Shown here: piece after piece, positions 30,352 through 44,307 of the stretch
Numbering within the stretch: position 1 is the first letter of the stretch
Layout: each line of letters begins with the position of its first letter
Source: Adineta vaga
Lineage: Eukaryota; Animalia; Rotifera
Reading direction: 5' to 3'
NCBI GenBank assembly: GCA_021613535.1
Contig: CP075497.1
Coordinates: 4,030,001-4,094,000 of the forward strand
Length of the DNA stretch: 64,000 bases
Program-made: the position numbers and the translations under genes
The notes under the pieces: model-generated
What the model saw: the letters and a program-made list of their open reading frames with translations, nothing else
Told to the model about the DNA's origin: nothing
Databases searched by the model: none

Positions 30352-31693
30352 TGTAGATGATGAGTTGTTGATTCGTGTGACTATAAAGAAAAGTTACATA
30401 TGACTACCATTACAAATGCTAAGATTTTGTCCTCTAAAAATCATTATCGTGCACTCTAGATAGTGCTACTTGTTAGAAATTTGGTCATATATTTATATGC
30501 ATCGATATACTTTCAAAACAAGTCAGAAAAAGGAAATTATTTTCATTAGGAATGTCTTAAAATTGAATTTCCGTTTCCGAATGATATTTCATATCGAGGC
30601 AAATGATTAGGCATGCATTTTCCTAAAATAATATATATATACTATATCTGTTTGTTATTCGATAAGATCCTAAAATAACAACTAATTAACATATAAAGGT
30701 TATGACTAATGAATTCATCACGATAATTTGCTTAAAGTCTATGATCGGGTTTTATTTCGTATATAATATGTATATTTAGAATGAATATAGAATACTAATA
30801 AATTGTTTCGAAAATAATGAAACAATGTTTTTATTTCATTCTGTATGTCAGAACAATAAAACTGACTAAAAGGGTAATCTTCAATAAACTCATATTTTGT
30901 CATTTGCTGTAAATACATGATCAAATACACTATGTAGTAATAAAAGACCATTTTCTCGATTGAAATTTCAGCTTTACAGAAAACTAACATCATGAATGAC
31001 ATATGGAAAAATGAAGTGTAATCAATCTTCCGTAAAACATACTCATCAAGAAAGTTTCATGAACGCTGCATTCAGTATGCTTTGAAAACCCGATGATTCA
31101 CCAGATATGTATGTAGTTAGTTTTTTCTTCTCTTTTTGATGAATTGTTAAAATGCTTCATTTTGAGGAAATAATTATTTTCTCTTCAACATGAATGAAAA
31201 AAACACGTACACCGGATTCTCTATCGAGAAAACTAGCTTTTTTTCACATACAAATAAAAGAATATAGAATGATCCTTTCGATGTTAAACAGACATTGAAT
31301 AGAAATCCAGTAGATAACTATTTTTAACATCTAATTTGTTTTTATATATATAGTTCTTGAAAATCTATTGGGAAATCACGCTAGTGACAATGCTCCGACC
31401 TAACGCGACATCTCAAAACTATGATAAAACTTGTCTACTTCAATGGTTCTCTCTCTTTCTATTTCTTGTCGATTGACGAGAAGAGAAAAAGAAAAGAACA
31501 AACAACTCGATTAAAAAACAGATTAAGAGAAAAATTGACGTCTTTTCATTTTAGATTTTGATTTCTTTTGTTTCCCTGAACGAATATTTTCTGTATATGT
31601 ATTCTCGTTTATAAAGCAAAGATTTCACCTCGCTGCCGTGGTAAATTAATTTTGCGACGATTGGTACTCAGTGCATGTGCCTTTTTTCTCGCA

Positions 31694-34600
31694 ATGGGAC
31701 AAACAGCATCAGTAACTGGCTTTTTTCGTCATATCAGTTCAATTCTACCATATAAACGAAATGAGAATCCAAATTCTGCACCAACACATATGGATGACGA
31801 TACGAAACGAATTATTACAATAAATCATGGACCACAACAAACAAAATTTATTAGTAATTATATCAGTACCAGTAAATATTCAATTTTATCGTTTCTACCA
31901 AAATTTCTCTTCGAACAATTTCGAAAATATTCCAATATTTTTTTCTTGTGTATTGCTGTTCTACAAGTAAAAAGAATACGAACTCTTTTTCTTGATACAA
32001 TATTAAATATTTGATTTTAGCAAATTCCCGGAGTTTCACCCACGGGAAGGTATACAACAGCAGTTCCATTATCAATTATTCTTTGTTGTGCAGCTGTTAA
32101 AGAAATTATTGAAGATGTGGTTCGTAATCGATTTTAGTTTATAAATTTTTCGTGTTAATATTAGACGTATTTTTTTCTAGAAACGACATTTCCAAGATGG
32201 TGCCGTGAATAATCGAAGAGTTTTAAGTAAGATAAAGATTGATTTTCGAAGTAATATAAGATGATTTTATCTAGTTTATCGGAATGGTAATTGGTTGTAT
32301 ACAACTTGGAGAAGAGTGAAAGTTGGTGATATTGTTAAAGTACTTGACAATGAATTTTTTCCAGCTGATCTTGTTTTACTTTCATCCGGGTTTGTACAGA
32401 TCAACTTCAATTCAATTTGTTATTTTTGTAATACTTTTAGTGAACCACATTCAATATGTTATATACAAACATCAAATCTCGATGGAGAAACAAATTTGAA
32501 AGTTCGACAGGTTAGTTGTTATTCTCTATTCAAACAATTGATTTTATTCTTTGAAATTTAAGGGTTTACCACAAACAGCAAATATGATTTCCAGTATACA
32601 ATTAAGAGATTTATTAGGTATCATCGAATGTGAATTACCAAATCGAAATCTATATGAGTTTGCTGGTACATTAAAACTCAATAATGTGGCATTTCCCATT
32701 CCATTAGGTTCTGATCAAATACTTTTACGTGGTTCACAATTGAAGAATACTGCATGGGTATATGGATTAGTTATTTACAGTGGTCATGAAACTAAACTAA
32801 TGATGGTTCGATTGATTTCGAAATGAAGAATATCATTTTCATCTATTTGTCTATTTTAGAATTCATCATCAGTTCCATTTAAACGTACAAATGTCGAACA
32901 AGTGACAAACAGTCAAGTATGTCTGACATCAAAGAAATAAAAATTTCTATTCATTTTTGTCGAAATAGATTTTATTCTTATTGGTTTTGTTACTTGTCTT
33001 ATGTCTATTCAGTACTATCGCTGGAGAAATATGGAATTATCGAAATAAAGCTGCTCATTGGTATCTCGGTTTAACACAACTTACAAATGATAGAACAGCT
33101 AGTAAATATTTAAAATATATATCTAAAATAAAGATTCATGCATTCTTTCTAGATTCAATACCAAATCATTTTGGTTATACATTCTTAACATTCTTTATTT
33201 TATACAATAATTTAATTCCTATTTCTTTACAAATAACAGTCGATCTTGTTAAATTTATTCAAGCCTATTTTATTAATTGGGTAAAATTAAAGATAATTTT
33301 CATAGAAAATAACTTTGATTCTAATATATAGGATATTGATATGTATGATCCTGAAACTGATACACCAGCTAATGCACGAACATCGAATTTAAATGAAGAA
33401 CTTGGACAAGTGAAATATATTTTTTCTGACAAAACTGGTACATTAACAAAGAATGTTATGATTTTTAAACAATGTACTATAAGTGGTATTATGTATGGGT
33501 AAGAAATATAAAATTGTTTTAAAACAATGGAAATATGAGATAATTTACTATTTTAGATCGGGAAATGTTGCAGAATTTAATAGTTATGAATTATTAAAAA
33601 ATTTAGAACATCATGTAAGTTTGAATTATATATCTATTGAGAAAAAACGAAACTAATTCATTGTAAAAATGTACTGAGAATGAAGTGATCTTGAAGAAAA
33701 CATTATATTTATAGTAATTGTCTGCCTGTAGATTGATCTGTCAGTTTGTATTAGTGAAGTAATGATTATCAGTTGATAGTCTGAATCAGAAAGTGCTTGC
33801 GTGATGAAGAATGTTTCTTTACGCTATTTAATACAAAAAGCTGTCAATATACTGAATGAAGATTCTCCGAAGTACTTTTCCATCTCGATCATGAGAAAAA
33901 TGATATTGACACATGCAATAGGTCCACATGGGGAAAAATAATAAAAAATTTGAATCTTTTGTAGCCGAGCAAGGGACATATTCGAGAATTTCTTACACTT
34001 TTGGCAACATGTCATACAGTTGTACCTGAAAATAAACGAAATACTGATTCATTACATGATATTGTCTATCAAGCATCATCTCCAGGTAAAACAAAATCAA
34101 ATTTACAGAAATCAAGAATAAATTTATTAATTCTCTTTCTTCTCATATTGCAGATGAATATGCATTGGTTTCAGCAGTAAAAGAAATGGGTGTTGTATTC
34201 TTTAGTCGTACGCCAGACAGTGTGGTTATTAACTTTGTAAATATGAAATTTAGTTCGATGATTTATGAGAAAAAAATGATTCTATCTAATGTTTCTAGCG
34301 TGGTCAAGAAGAAAAGTATGAAATTTTGAATGTTTTGGAATTTAGCAGGTAAACTTGAACATTAATGAATATTTCAATCATTCAAAATCTTTTCTAGTGA
34401 TCGGAAACGAATGAGTGTTATTGTTCGAACACCCAATAATGAAATCAAATTATTCTGTAAAGGCGCTGTAAGTTCATTGAGATTTCTTTTGAAGTGATCA
34501 CAAATAAAGAACTATTTTACCGTTGATCATTTAGGATAGTGTCATTATAGAACGACTTGCACCTAATGAAGCAAATGTTCCGTTAACAATGGAACATTTA

Positions 34601-37374
34601 GAAAGTTTTGCTAAAGATGGTCTTCGTACACTCTGTCTTGGTTATCGAACTCTCACTGACGAAGAATATAAAGTAAATTAAATTTAACTTCAAACATTAT
34701 AGATTCATTCATTCATTCTTAGGATTGGCTTATTCAATATCGTGAAGCATCAACAGCAATCAATAATCGAAATGAATTAGTTGCAGAAGTAGCAGAAAGA
34801 ATTGAAAGAAATTTGACTCTCTTAGGTGCAACTGGTATTGAAGATAAATTACAAGATGTAAGAATTTCTATTAACAAATTTACATTAAATCAAATATTAT
34901 ATTTTCACTTTTCTAGCAAGTTCCCGATAGTTTATCCATGCTATTGAAAGCTGGTATTAAGGTACAGGTTCATTTGTAAAATTTCGGTTGATATATGTTT
35001 CAATCAATAGATCTGGGTATTAACTGGTGATAAGAAAGAAACAGCAATTAATATTGGTTATTCATGTAAACTTCTATCAGATCAATTATTGAATTTAACC
35101 CTTGAAGAAGCAACACTTGATGTAAAGAAATCGTTTCTTTTTTGTTGGAAAAGAAAATCATTTTCATTTGAATTATTAGGATACTCGACGACAATTACGC
35201 GAACATTGTCAAACATTTGGTGATTCATTACGAAAAGAAAATCTTGCATCACTTGTCATCGAAGGAAAAACACTGAAATTTGCATTGGCACCTTCATGTC
35301 GACAAGATTTTCTTGATTTAGCAATATCATGTAAAACAGTTATCTGTTGTCGGTAAGAAAACTGTTCTAATTATAAAAAACAACAATACGAGTTCACTAA
35401 ACTATTTCCTCTTATTTTAGTGTTAGTCCAAAACAAAAGGCTGAAGTAGTCGAATTGATTAAACAATCAACAGATGACATCACTTTAGCAGTTGGCGATG
35501 GTGCGAATGATGTTGGAATGATTCAAACAGCACATGTGGGTGTTGGAATCATGGGTCGTGAAGGTGTTCAAGCTGCATGTGCAGCGGATTATACCATTGG
35601 ACAATTTCGATTTTTAACAAAATTATTATTCGTTCATGGCGTTTGGAGTTATCGACGTTTATGTAAAGTTTTACTCTATTCATTTTATAAAAATATCTGT
35701 CTTTACGTTATGGAAGTAAGTTAAAATCTTAATGAATGAGAAAGAATTTTTTCATGAAATTTTTTGTTAGCTTTGGTTTGCATTTCATAATGGATTTTCT
35801 GGCCAAATTTTATTTGAACGTTGGACAATTGCGATTTATAATGTTTTATTTACAGCAGCGCCACCAATGGCATTAGGTTTATTAGATCGATGTTGTAGTG
35901 CAGAAACAATGATGAGATTTCCAGCGATTTATAAAATGTCACAAAATCGATCGGATTTTAATATAAAAGTAAATTTTGTAGTCATTCAATGATTGTTCGT
36001 TTTTCATAAAAGGGTGTTTTAGGTTTTCTGGAGTTGGTGTTTAAATGCTGTATATCATTCAATTATTCTTTATTTTATGTCTTATGCAATGCTTCGACAT
36101 GGTATGTAAAGGAATTCAATATTGGTTTGAATATATATATCAATGATCTTATCTAAGAATTGAAACGGATCGAAGGAGAGAAATTTATTCTTTAGATATT
36201 GCTCATCCTAATGGAATCGTTTTTGGAAGTCATTTATTTCTCGGCAATTGTGTTTACACTGTAAATTGAGATTGCTCGCTAGTTTAAATGTGCGCTTCAC
36301 TAACCCCTCACTCTTAGTTTGAAGACATATAATTCTTATCTGTATAGTTTTTGATTGCATATGAACAGCAGATTGCATGCATTTTTTCTTACCTTTGCTT
36401 GCTCATTTTTCTTTCTGTCTATAGACGTTGCATACAGCAACGGACAAGCGGGTGATTATTTGCTCTTAGGCAATATGATTTATACGGTATGTTTTGTCTA
36501 ATCTGTTGTGCTTTAATCTAATCTATTGCATGCTTATTCTTTATACATATTTGAAAATGATGATTTTCACTTGTTTTTAGTATGTCATATTTGTTGTTTG
36601 TCTCAAAGCTGGTTTGGAAAGTGATTCATGGACAATGGTAAATCGAATTTCATGAAGGGAAATTTTTTTTCTAATAATTTGTATCATTCGGTTTTAGTTA
36701 ACTCATATTGCTATTTGGGGAAGTATTGCTTCATGGTTTATATTTTTTATTATCTACAGTAGTATATGGCCAACCATTCCATTGGCACCAGAAATGCGTG
36801 GTATGGTAAGTATTTATTTGAGTTCAAATCTCTGTCTATATATCGATACTGATGATTCTATTTTTTTTCTCAAGGCAAAATATGTTTTTTCGAGTATGTA
36901 TTTTTGGCTTGGTTTACTGTTAATTCCAATAACGGCATTATTGACTGATTTTATCTATAATTGGTAAAAATACGTGATAGTTTTTTTCTCATTTTATAAT
37001 GAATTTTAATTGAAATAGTTTGCAACGAACTTTATATAAAACATTAATGCAAGAAGTACAAGAAAAAGAAGTTGCAAATCAAGATCCATATGACTTAGTT
37101 ATGGCTCGACAAACATCAACAGTATCGCGTGTTGCAGAACGATTAGCATTATTAAAAAGTGTTTTTGTTCGAACACGAACACCAAAAATGTCTGGTATTA
37201 TCCCTGGACCATATCGTAAGGAACAATGAGATCATTTGTCTTCCTCTCTACTCAATATTTATCGAATTTGTTTTAGATGGTTTTGCTTTTTCACAAGAAG
37301 AAGATGGTGTTGTTCCACAAAATCAACTTATTCGAACATGTGATACAAATATTCAGAAACCACCAGGACTTTAG
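31694..37374 (+). CDS. ATP8A1: P4-ATPase phospholipid flippase ATP8A1/2-like, many exons, one mutually exclusive exon pair
   Basis: [67 protein letters not shown]. Confidence 0.95.
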
Positions 37375-38423
37375 AATAATACTGGAAAGTTTCAAGTCTA
37401 TTTTTATTCCATACCAGCTAGTCATGCAATGAATTTTATTCTCATTGATGAAGTTTATCTTTATTTCTTTAAATAATACTCATATGATAAGTAACTCTCG
37501 TTCTTTTTCTGGAATGAACAAATCTTATTTATTGACCTGATCTTTCTTGCCCTCTCTCTCTCTCTGTCTACTTTTTTCTGGAATTCTCTTGGCTATTTTT
37601 GTCGACATTGTATTCCATTATTTTATTGTTGTTTGGTTTTCTCGAAATCGTGATCTACATATTTCTATTTCTTTTCTTCTTGTCATTGAAAATATTGTTT
37701 CATTGGCGTTGGACAACACTGTATTTATTTGTCTATTACACATTAATCATTGGTGTTGAATATTAACATTAAACAGGTGAAAAGAGTTTGAAGGGAAAAG
37801 AATGATCTAATATAGTGGATTAAAGGACATGAAATGCATGGTTTAGATTTGTGCTTTTTTTCTTAGTTTATCTTTATGATAAAAGAATTATAGGTCGGCA
37901 TATAATGAAAAGCATCTTAGTTAAGTACGTATTTTTAGTATAAAGTAAATTTTATTCAAAGAAATAAAGATTGATGAGATTGATAATAAAGAAAGCATGA
38001 TTGAATCGTTAGTTATAGATCCATTACAAGCTAATCATTTCTTTCTTTCGAGAAGAATGATTACGAAAGAAGTTCTTGTGATTATTAGTATCATCTGTTT
38101 TGTATATCAAAGAGAACAAAGTTCAGCTGTTCATAAATGTGATCATATTTATAATAATAAATAAAAAAAAGAACGGCACATATAATTTGCATTCTTCGTT
38201 AAAAAATCAATTCTATTATTGTTCAATTACAAAATCAGAAGAATAAGAAAAAGAACACTACAATCCTGAGGCTTCTTTCAATGTATGATCTCGCATGTAT
38301 ACCAATTGTATTTCTATTTAATTAAAATTCATTTCTTTTGGCATATCAAAATTGAGAACATTGATGGACGGAAGACATGCATTGACAAGTATAATGTATA
38401 TAAATACAAAATATGAGAAGTGA

Positions 38424-39769
38424 TCATGTCACTTGACTCTCACTTGCAGTCCGTCGGGCTAAATATAATGAAAGTAAGACAAGACAGACAAGAGTTGTCA
38501 CTTGTAAACGAATACCACTCGCTGCACAACTACGACTGTCGCCTAAAAGTAAAAAAAGAGAAGAAGATTTCTGTCAGCTTAGTTGTTTAATCTTTTTAAG
38601 AAACAAAAAGAAAAAGACATTTAATTTGTTTAAAACTGTTCATTATCTATCAAATTAAAGGTAAAAGTAAAATTTCATTTGCATAAGGATTTTTCTTTAG
38701 TTGAACAAGAAAAGGTTCAATTTGGAATCTCAAATAAATATATATATATACTCTACTCTTCATCAAGTAACTATTGAATTATTTTCAAGTGGATAGTGAG
38801 AAAAAGAAAGAATGTGTGATGTAATACAATGCAACTTACGAACGAGAAGTTCTATTTTATCGTAAAAACCGGTTGTCTGATCGACACACATATAGGTACC
38901 ACTATCATTATAATGGATCGATTTGATTTGAAAAAAATGTTGTAATTGATCGGGTGAATAAGCTGTATATCGAGGATTATTTGAATGACCACGTTGCCAA
39001 ATGACACGTGGTGGTTTTAAAGATGCACGTGTTTGAAAATACCAATCAAGTTTAAGATGAGGTACACGTTCGGGTGTCGAGCAGTTCAGTACAGCAAAAT
39101 AATCATCAATTGAAACAGAGACAACAATGACAAATGGAGTACCGGGTGGATTATTACTGTCACTTGAAGAACGTAAACGACGATAACGACGATATGAATG
39201 ATCTTCAATACATACTAAAAAAAAAAGAAAAGAGTCGTTAGAGAATTGTTTCCTATTTGGTTCATTGACAACACCTGAATCAACTACGATATTCAATTAT
39301 CTAGTTGACAAATTATCTTCATGCAAAAGGTCATCTTATTAGATACATTTGTATTCTTACTGATAATACCATTCGTCTGTACATATGTGTGAATAAGAAG
39401 CCAATTCTGTTTTTTTACATCAACTAATTTCGCATACAAAAGAATTTCATAGGTTTATTAAGACAATGATGAGTACAAGAATGTATTTAATAAGTAAAGA
39501 TATTCAACTATGTCTTCATTAATTGTCAAATAACGCTACCAAAAACTATTGTTCGATATGCATATGTCATGCCGTTAGCACAATACGTACAAAAGTCTGT
39601 AAAAATATGTTCTCTCCTTCTTAATTGTTTGTTTGTACATGAAGAAACCCTTTCGATATGTCTTGTAGACAAAAGAACGACGAGTAAAGAAGAAACAAGA
39701 CTTACTTAGTCCAAGTAACTCAAAAAGAATGAGTTTAATAAGTATAAGTAACCGATAAGAACCTAACAT
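38424..39769 (-). CDS. Small single-Ig-domain cell-surface protein, 3 coding exons
   Basis: Signal peptide MLGSYRLLILIKLILFELLGL (39769-39706); exon 39214-38840 with LNC..WY..DSGTYMC; exon 38542-38424 with a hydrophobic tail (VTTLVCLVLLSLYL). Splice phases are consistent. Confidence 0.75.
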
Positions 39770-42700
39770 AATTTTTATATTAAAGGCACGTTCTATCAAT
39801 GGAACGTTACAAACAATTGTTGTTGTTAAGATCAATGATTATTACCACATGACGTTGTTGTTCTCGGTGATGATATGATGATGATGATGATGATGGTGTT
39901 AGCAATTGCTTGTAATGATAAAAGGACGAGAGAATAAAACGTCTAAATATATATGTATATAAAAGAAAATGGAAGAAAATATTTTGTCATATACTAATAT
40001 CTCTATCGTAGTTTCTTATTCTCTTTTTCTCTCCCAATTCTCCGATCGTCTATGAAAAAAGGATACATGTTATGACAATGATTACATTCTTGTAGAAAGA
40101 CAGAGGCCAGTTTGATTAGGACGAGTGCCTCCTTCGAGACAATACGCATCCTATCACATATATATATATATATATATATACATACTATCTTTCTTTTTTT
40201 TCTTTTACATTACTATCGTCTCGTATATTCTCTCTTTATATACAATCAGTCTGACTATTTCTCTCTTATTCTCTTTCTTTTCTCATTGATCATTTATTCG
40301 CTTACTTCGAAATCGATTTTTAAGTTAATTGTTCATAACTGATTTCCGATGTTTTTCTGTCGTAACAATACGACTTATCACCGAACAATATACATCAACT
40401 AGTTAGTTAGTTAGTTATCAACAGATCTGTCTGAGAGGATTTCTTTCTCTTGTCCTTGCCGTTCATACACACACTTGTTAGTGATTATCATCTCTCCAGG
40501 TGTTCCTTATCGAACATAGTCCGATTATACGATCGTCATGTAAAAGAAGCTGCAGAAAAAAAAGTCGATTTACGATCATTATTACTCTTTCAACAATTAA
40601 CTTGGTTTGATTAACGTACATTTTGTTTTATGACTTCCGTTTTTTCTCTTTTTGACGAGTGTCAATTGTCGCATGAACGATCCTTGCGCAATCTTCAATC
40701 GAATTCACAGTCTGTTTAGTTAAATATTTGTTCTCTTTTCTAGTAATATTACATACACAAAAAAAAGAAGGATACGCTATACTGGTCAAGCACTTCTGTT
40801 CCTCATCTATCTTAAAGGTATACCAGTTGTCAATGAGAATGATGTGAATAACCTTGACGGTGCGCTTCTTCATAACTGACGATTACAAGTCGTAATTACT
40901 ATTACTATACAAACAAGAAAAGCCGCTTATACACGCACATTGCAAAGAAAGAAACTGCGTCTTTTTTCTCTCTCCCCTATGTCTATTCGTTTTCTTACTA
41001 GTGCGCATTTGCTTAGTCGTCGAACCACTTAATTAGCAAATGTAAAGGACTTCCGTTTTTTGTTTTGAGTATAGCGAGAATCAAGCATGCTTATTACTAT
41101 CGAAGAAGAAGCACAGTGAAGCACAATAAAAAAGAAAGGGGGAATAGTAACACAGCCCTGGTTACTGAATGAACAACGTCTGATAACAGAGAGAAAGAAT
41201 AAGGGAGAGACAGAGACAGCAAGAGAAAGAGGAAAAAAAGGAGGTAAAAGAAATCATGTTTATATGTAAGTGTATGACTTTTTGGTCATGCTATTACTGT
41301 CCACCGAGGGAAAACGTGCAATGCTTACCAATAGAACACTAACACAATTCACCAGAAAATTTATTATAGTTCTTTTCTTCTAAAGATCGTTCTTCATTCA
41401 TTTACTCATTCTCACAGATTACGTGCGTAAGTTTAGAAATCTTCAGAGATTTGACGAATGCAAGAATATAAGAACTTCTTTGTTCATCACTCAACACCAA
41501 GTTTATATATGCAATGATAGAAAATGTGCCAATTGACATCATCAATCATTACTTAGGATGAAACAAAAAAAATCAGCTTCATTCTATTGTATATCTATTT
41601 ATATCATTTAGAAAAAGCAATAGATCAAAAAACTGACAGTTTCTTCCAATTAGCCGCTAGCAAAATTGACAGGACAACATAAAATAATCTTATTACCTCT
41701 CATTTATTTAATCGGTTTACAGGACGCATCTCTAGTTTCATTCAATACGAGAAATGATTCTTCTGGTCAATTGAATTCAATATGATCTCGTCTAATTATA
41801 GTTAAAAAATATGACATTAATAATCATAATAAAATTGACTTCTTTATCCTATAACTCAAGATAAATCTACCTAAAGCATTTTTATCTCAGCAACATACGA
41901 ACATTCGTACAAAAGAATGATGATGATGATGATGATGATGACTGTTATAAGAGCGTCAACAAAATGTGCGCAACATTGAACATGCAAGCAAATGCATCAA
42001 GAGAAAAGCGAGATAGAATCATCTCAAAGACAACTTTTATCTTGAAAGAAAATTTTCTCTTCTCATATTTTTTTATCCTTGTCGGTATTTATTTAATATT
42101 TTCTTATTCTCTGTCTTGTTCTTATGTGAAAAGAAGAAGAAAAAAAAAATCTGTCATTTTCTATCTCTTATTTTAGTCATGAACAATTGACTTGATAATT
42201 ATTAGATCTTGATAAAGTAATGAGATAATTGTGACAGTAACAATTAATCTTTAAGAATTTCTTTTCAATGAATGAGGTATTATATACTTATTTGTCTTCT
42301 CTGTTAATGTTGCGTGCTATGTATATAGAACATGATGAGTTCCTTGAAGAATCTTTATTTCCTTCATTGAATTTCTGTTCTACCAACAACATCACCATCG
42401 TCGATAGTAAAAGCTTTTGGTACTTACGCTTCTGATGATACAAAAAAAGAAAGGAAAAGAGAGAAACTAAGAGGCCACGACTGAAAGTGATAATGAAGCA
42501 TGAATCTATTGAGAACATAATGGAGCGAATCACTAGTTATACTGCATTTTTTTCTTCTCCTCTTCAGTCATTAAGCGTCGATCGAGTCGTCATCGACTGT
42601 TCAAGGAGATGATGAGACATCATCATCATCATCATCATTACTGTCAAGAAAAGAGTGCGATCAGATAATGTGTGTAAATTCGGTGCCTTTATGTTCATAG

Positions 42701-43326
42701 TCTATCAAAAAGAAACGACAAAAGACAAGTGCTTCTTCAATAGTTCATTTCATCAGAAATTGTTCGATCAATAGCTCTATAACTGATCTATTCACATCAG
42801 ATAGAAGTGTCATAGAGTTCTACTGAGATCGATAAAAAAAAGACGATTGATTACAAAACAAACTTTCTCAGGAACAATAGAGATATGTATTAGTTGCTTT
42901 TCTTCTTTTTTATTTTTATTTTTAGAGAAATGCTTTAGGGACCTTTTCATCATTATGAATAAAATTATTCTCTTGATATATGTTCAGTGATATATGATGA
43001 CATTAGTAATACTCTACTAGACGATATAGAAAGTTTTATAGGATAATTATTAGTCTACAAATGTTGATATTTTCAATAGCTTAAAGAACAATGTGATTTT
43101 CATTGGTTCCATTCAATTGATATTCGATTAACTATGAAATGTTACATCAGTTCGGTCTTTGTCTAATTACATATAATATAAACAATCTATAGATGAAAAT
43201 ATTCTTTCAATGAAGATTAAAATAAATATTATATATAATGATGAAAAATAAATCAGAAACGTTTCGAAAGGAAATGGAAAACAGATTATGTTTTACAATA
43301 ATAAGGTTTTCTTTCGATATGTTCAT

Positions 43327-44142
43327 TTATAGTATAATAATTAGTATTACAATTCCAGCAATTAAACCTAACGATAGACAACCAATAAAAATTTTCAATT
43401 TACTTGTCATATTTTGCAAGGACCACCGAGATGGATTCCATCTAACTGGTGGGTGTTGACAAGTGTTTACATTAGTGTTAATTGCGGATGTTTCAATGAT
43501 CATAGGATCTTGAATTTCTATGCCTGGAATTGTAAAACATGATGTATGTTTTTGATATGATAATTGATCTTCAAGTGAATTGATCTTTGAAAACACGACA
43601 GATTTCATACTTGTATCTGTATCATAAGTTTGACGTTTTTTATTAATATTAATTGATGATAATGATTGATCAGGATCGGAAGTATCAAGTGTATCAGTAC
43701 TTGTTAGTTCAGTTAAATCAATTTTGAGTGTTTCTATCTGTTTTGTATTACTACATGTCAAAACAGTAAGTGCTGTTGTATTTGTTGTTGTTTTGGTTAA
43801 AAGTGTCAAATCATCGGAGATAGCAATTGGTTTTGGTATACTATTTATTGAATAAAGAAATAATGATGATTGATCAGATTTAGAAGATATGATAGTTTCC
43901 TGTAGTTTATTTTCAATAGGTAATGTTGAAATTGTATCGAATAGTATCAATGGCATTTGATTGGCATTTTTATTCGTTTGTATGACGGATTTTTCATGAA
44001 TGAGTTGATCTTCAAAATCAGATTCATCGTCATCATCATCATCATTATCATTATCATTCGTGTTAGGTTTAGGAAATTGTTGATGATGATGATATCTTCG
44101 ATGAGATAATCGCGTACGTTTCGAACGATGAATTTCTTTCAT
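43327..44142 (-). CDS. 271-aa low-complexity protein with a C-terminal TM (tail anchor), unknown family
   Basis: Long ORF with acidic and Ser/Thr-rich stretches, ending IFIGCLSLGLIAGIVILIIIL*. Confidence 0.7.
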   Translation of the reverse strand: MKEIHRSKRTRLSHRRYHHHQQFPKPNTNDNDNDDDDDDESDFEDQLIHEKSVIQTNKNANQMPLILFDTISTLPIENKLQETIISSKSDQSSLFLYSINSIPKPIAISDDLTLLTKTTTNTTALTVLTCSNTKQIETLKIDLTELTSTDTLDTSDPDQSLSSININKKRQTYDTDTSMKSVVFSKINSLEDQLSYQKHTSCFTIPGIEIQDPMIIETSAINTNVNTCQHPPVRWNPSRWSLQNMTSKLKIFIGCLSLGLIAGIVILIIIL

Positions 44143-44307
44143 CGGATTGATAATTTTTTATTTGAAAAAAGTACATTTTAGAAGAGAAGAATAATTATAC
44201 ATGAAGAGAATCCGAGACAATGAAACGAAATACAATCAATATTTTTGCTTCTAGTTAGATTTAAAAGCGCCATTCTCTCCTTTTTTTCCTTAGAATAATG
44301 TCCATAA

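Noticed and set aside
33614-33963. Enlarged ATP8A intron with GTGATGA and CTGA as a C/D snoRNA or hidden exon
   Set aside because: No terminal stem, recognisable rRNA guide or phase-compatible exon found; such motifs are common in AT-rich DNA.
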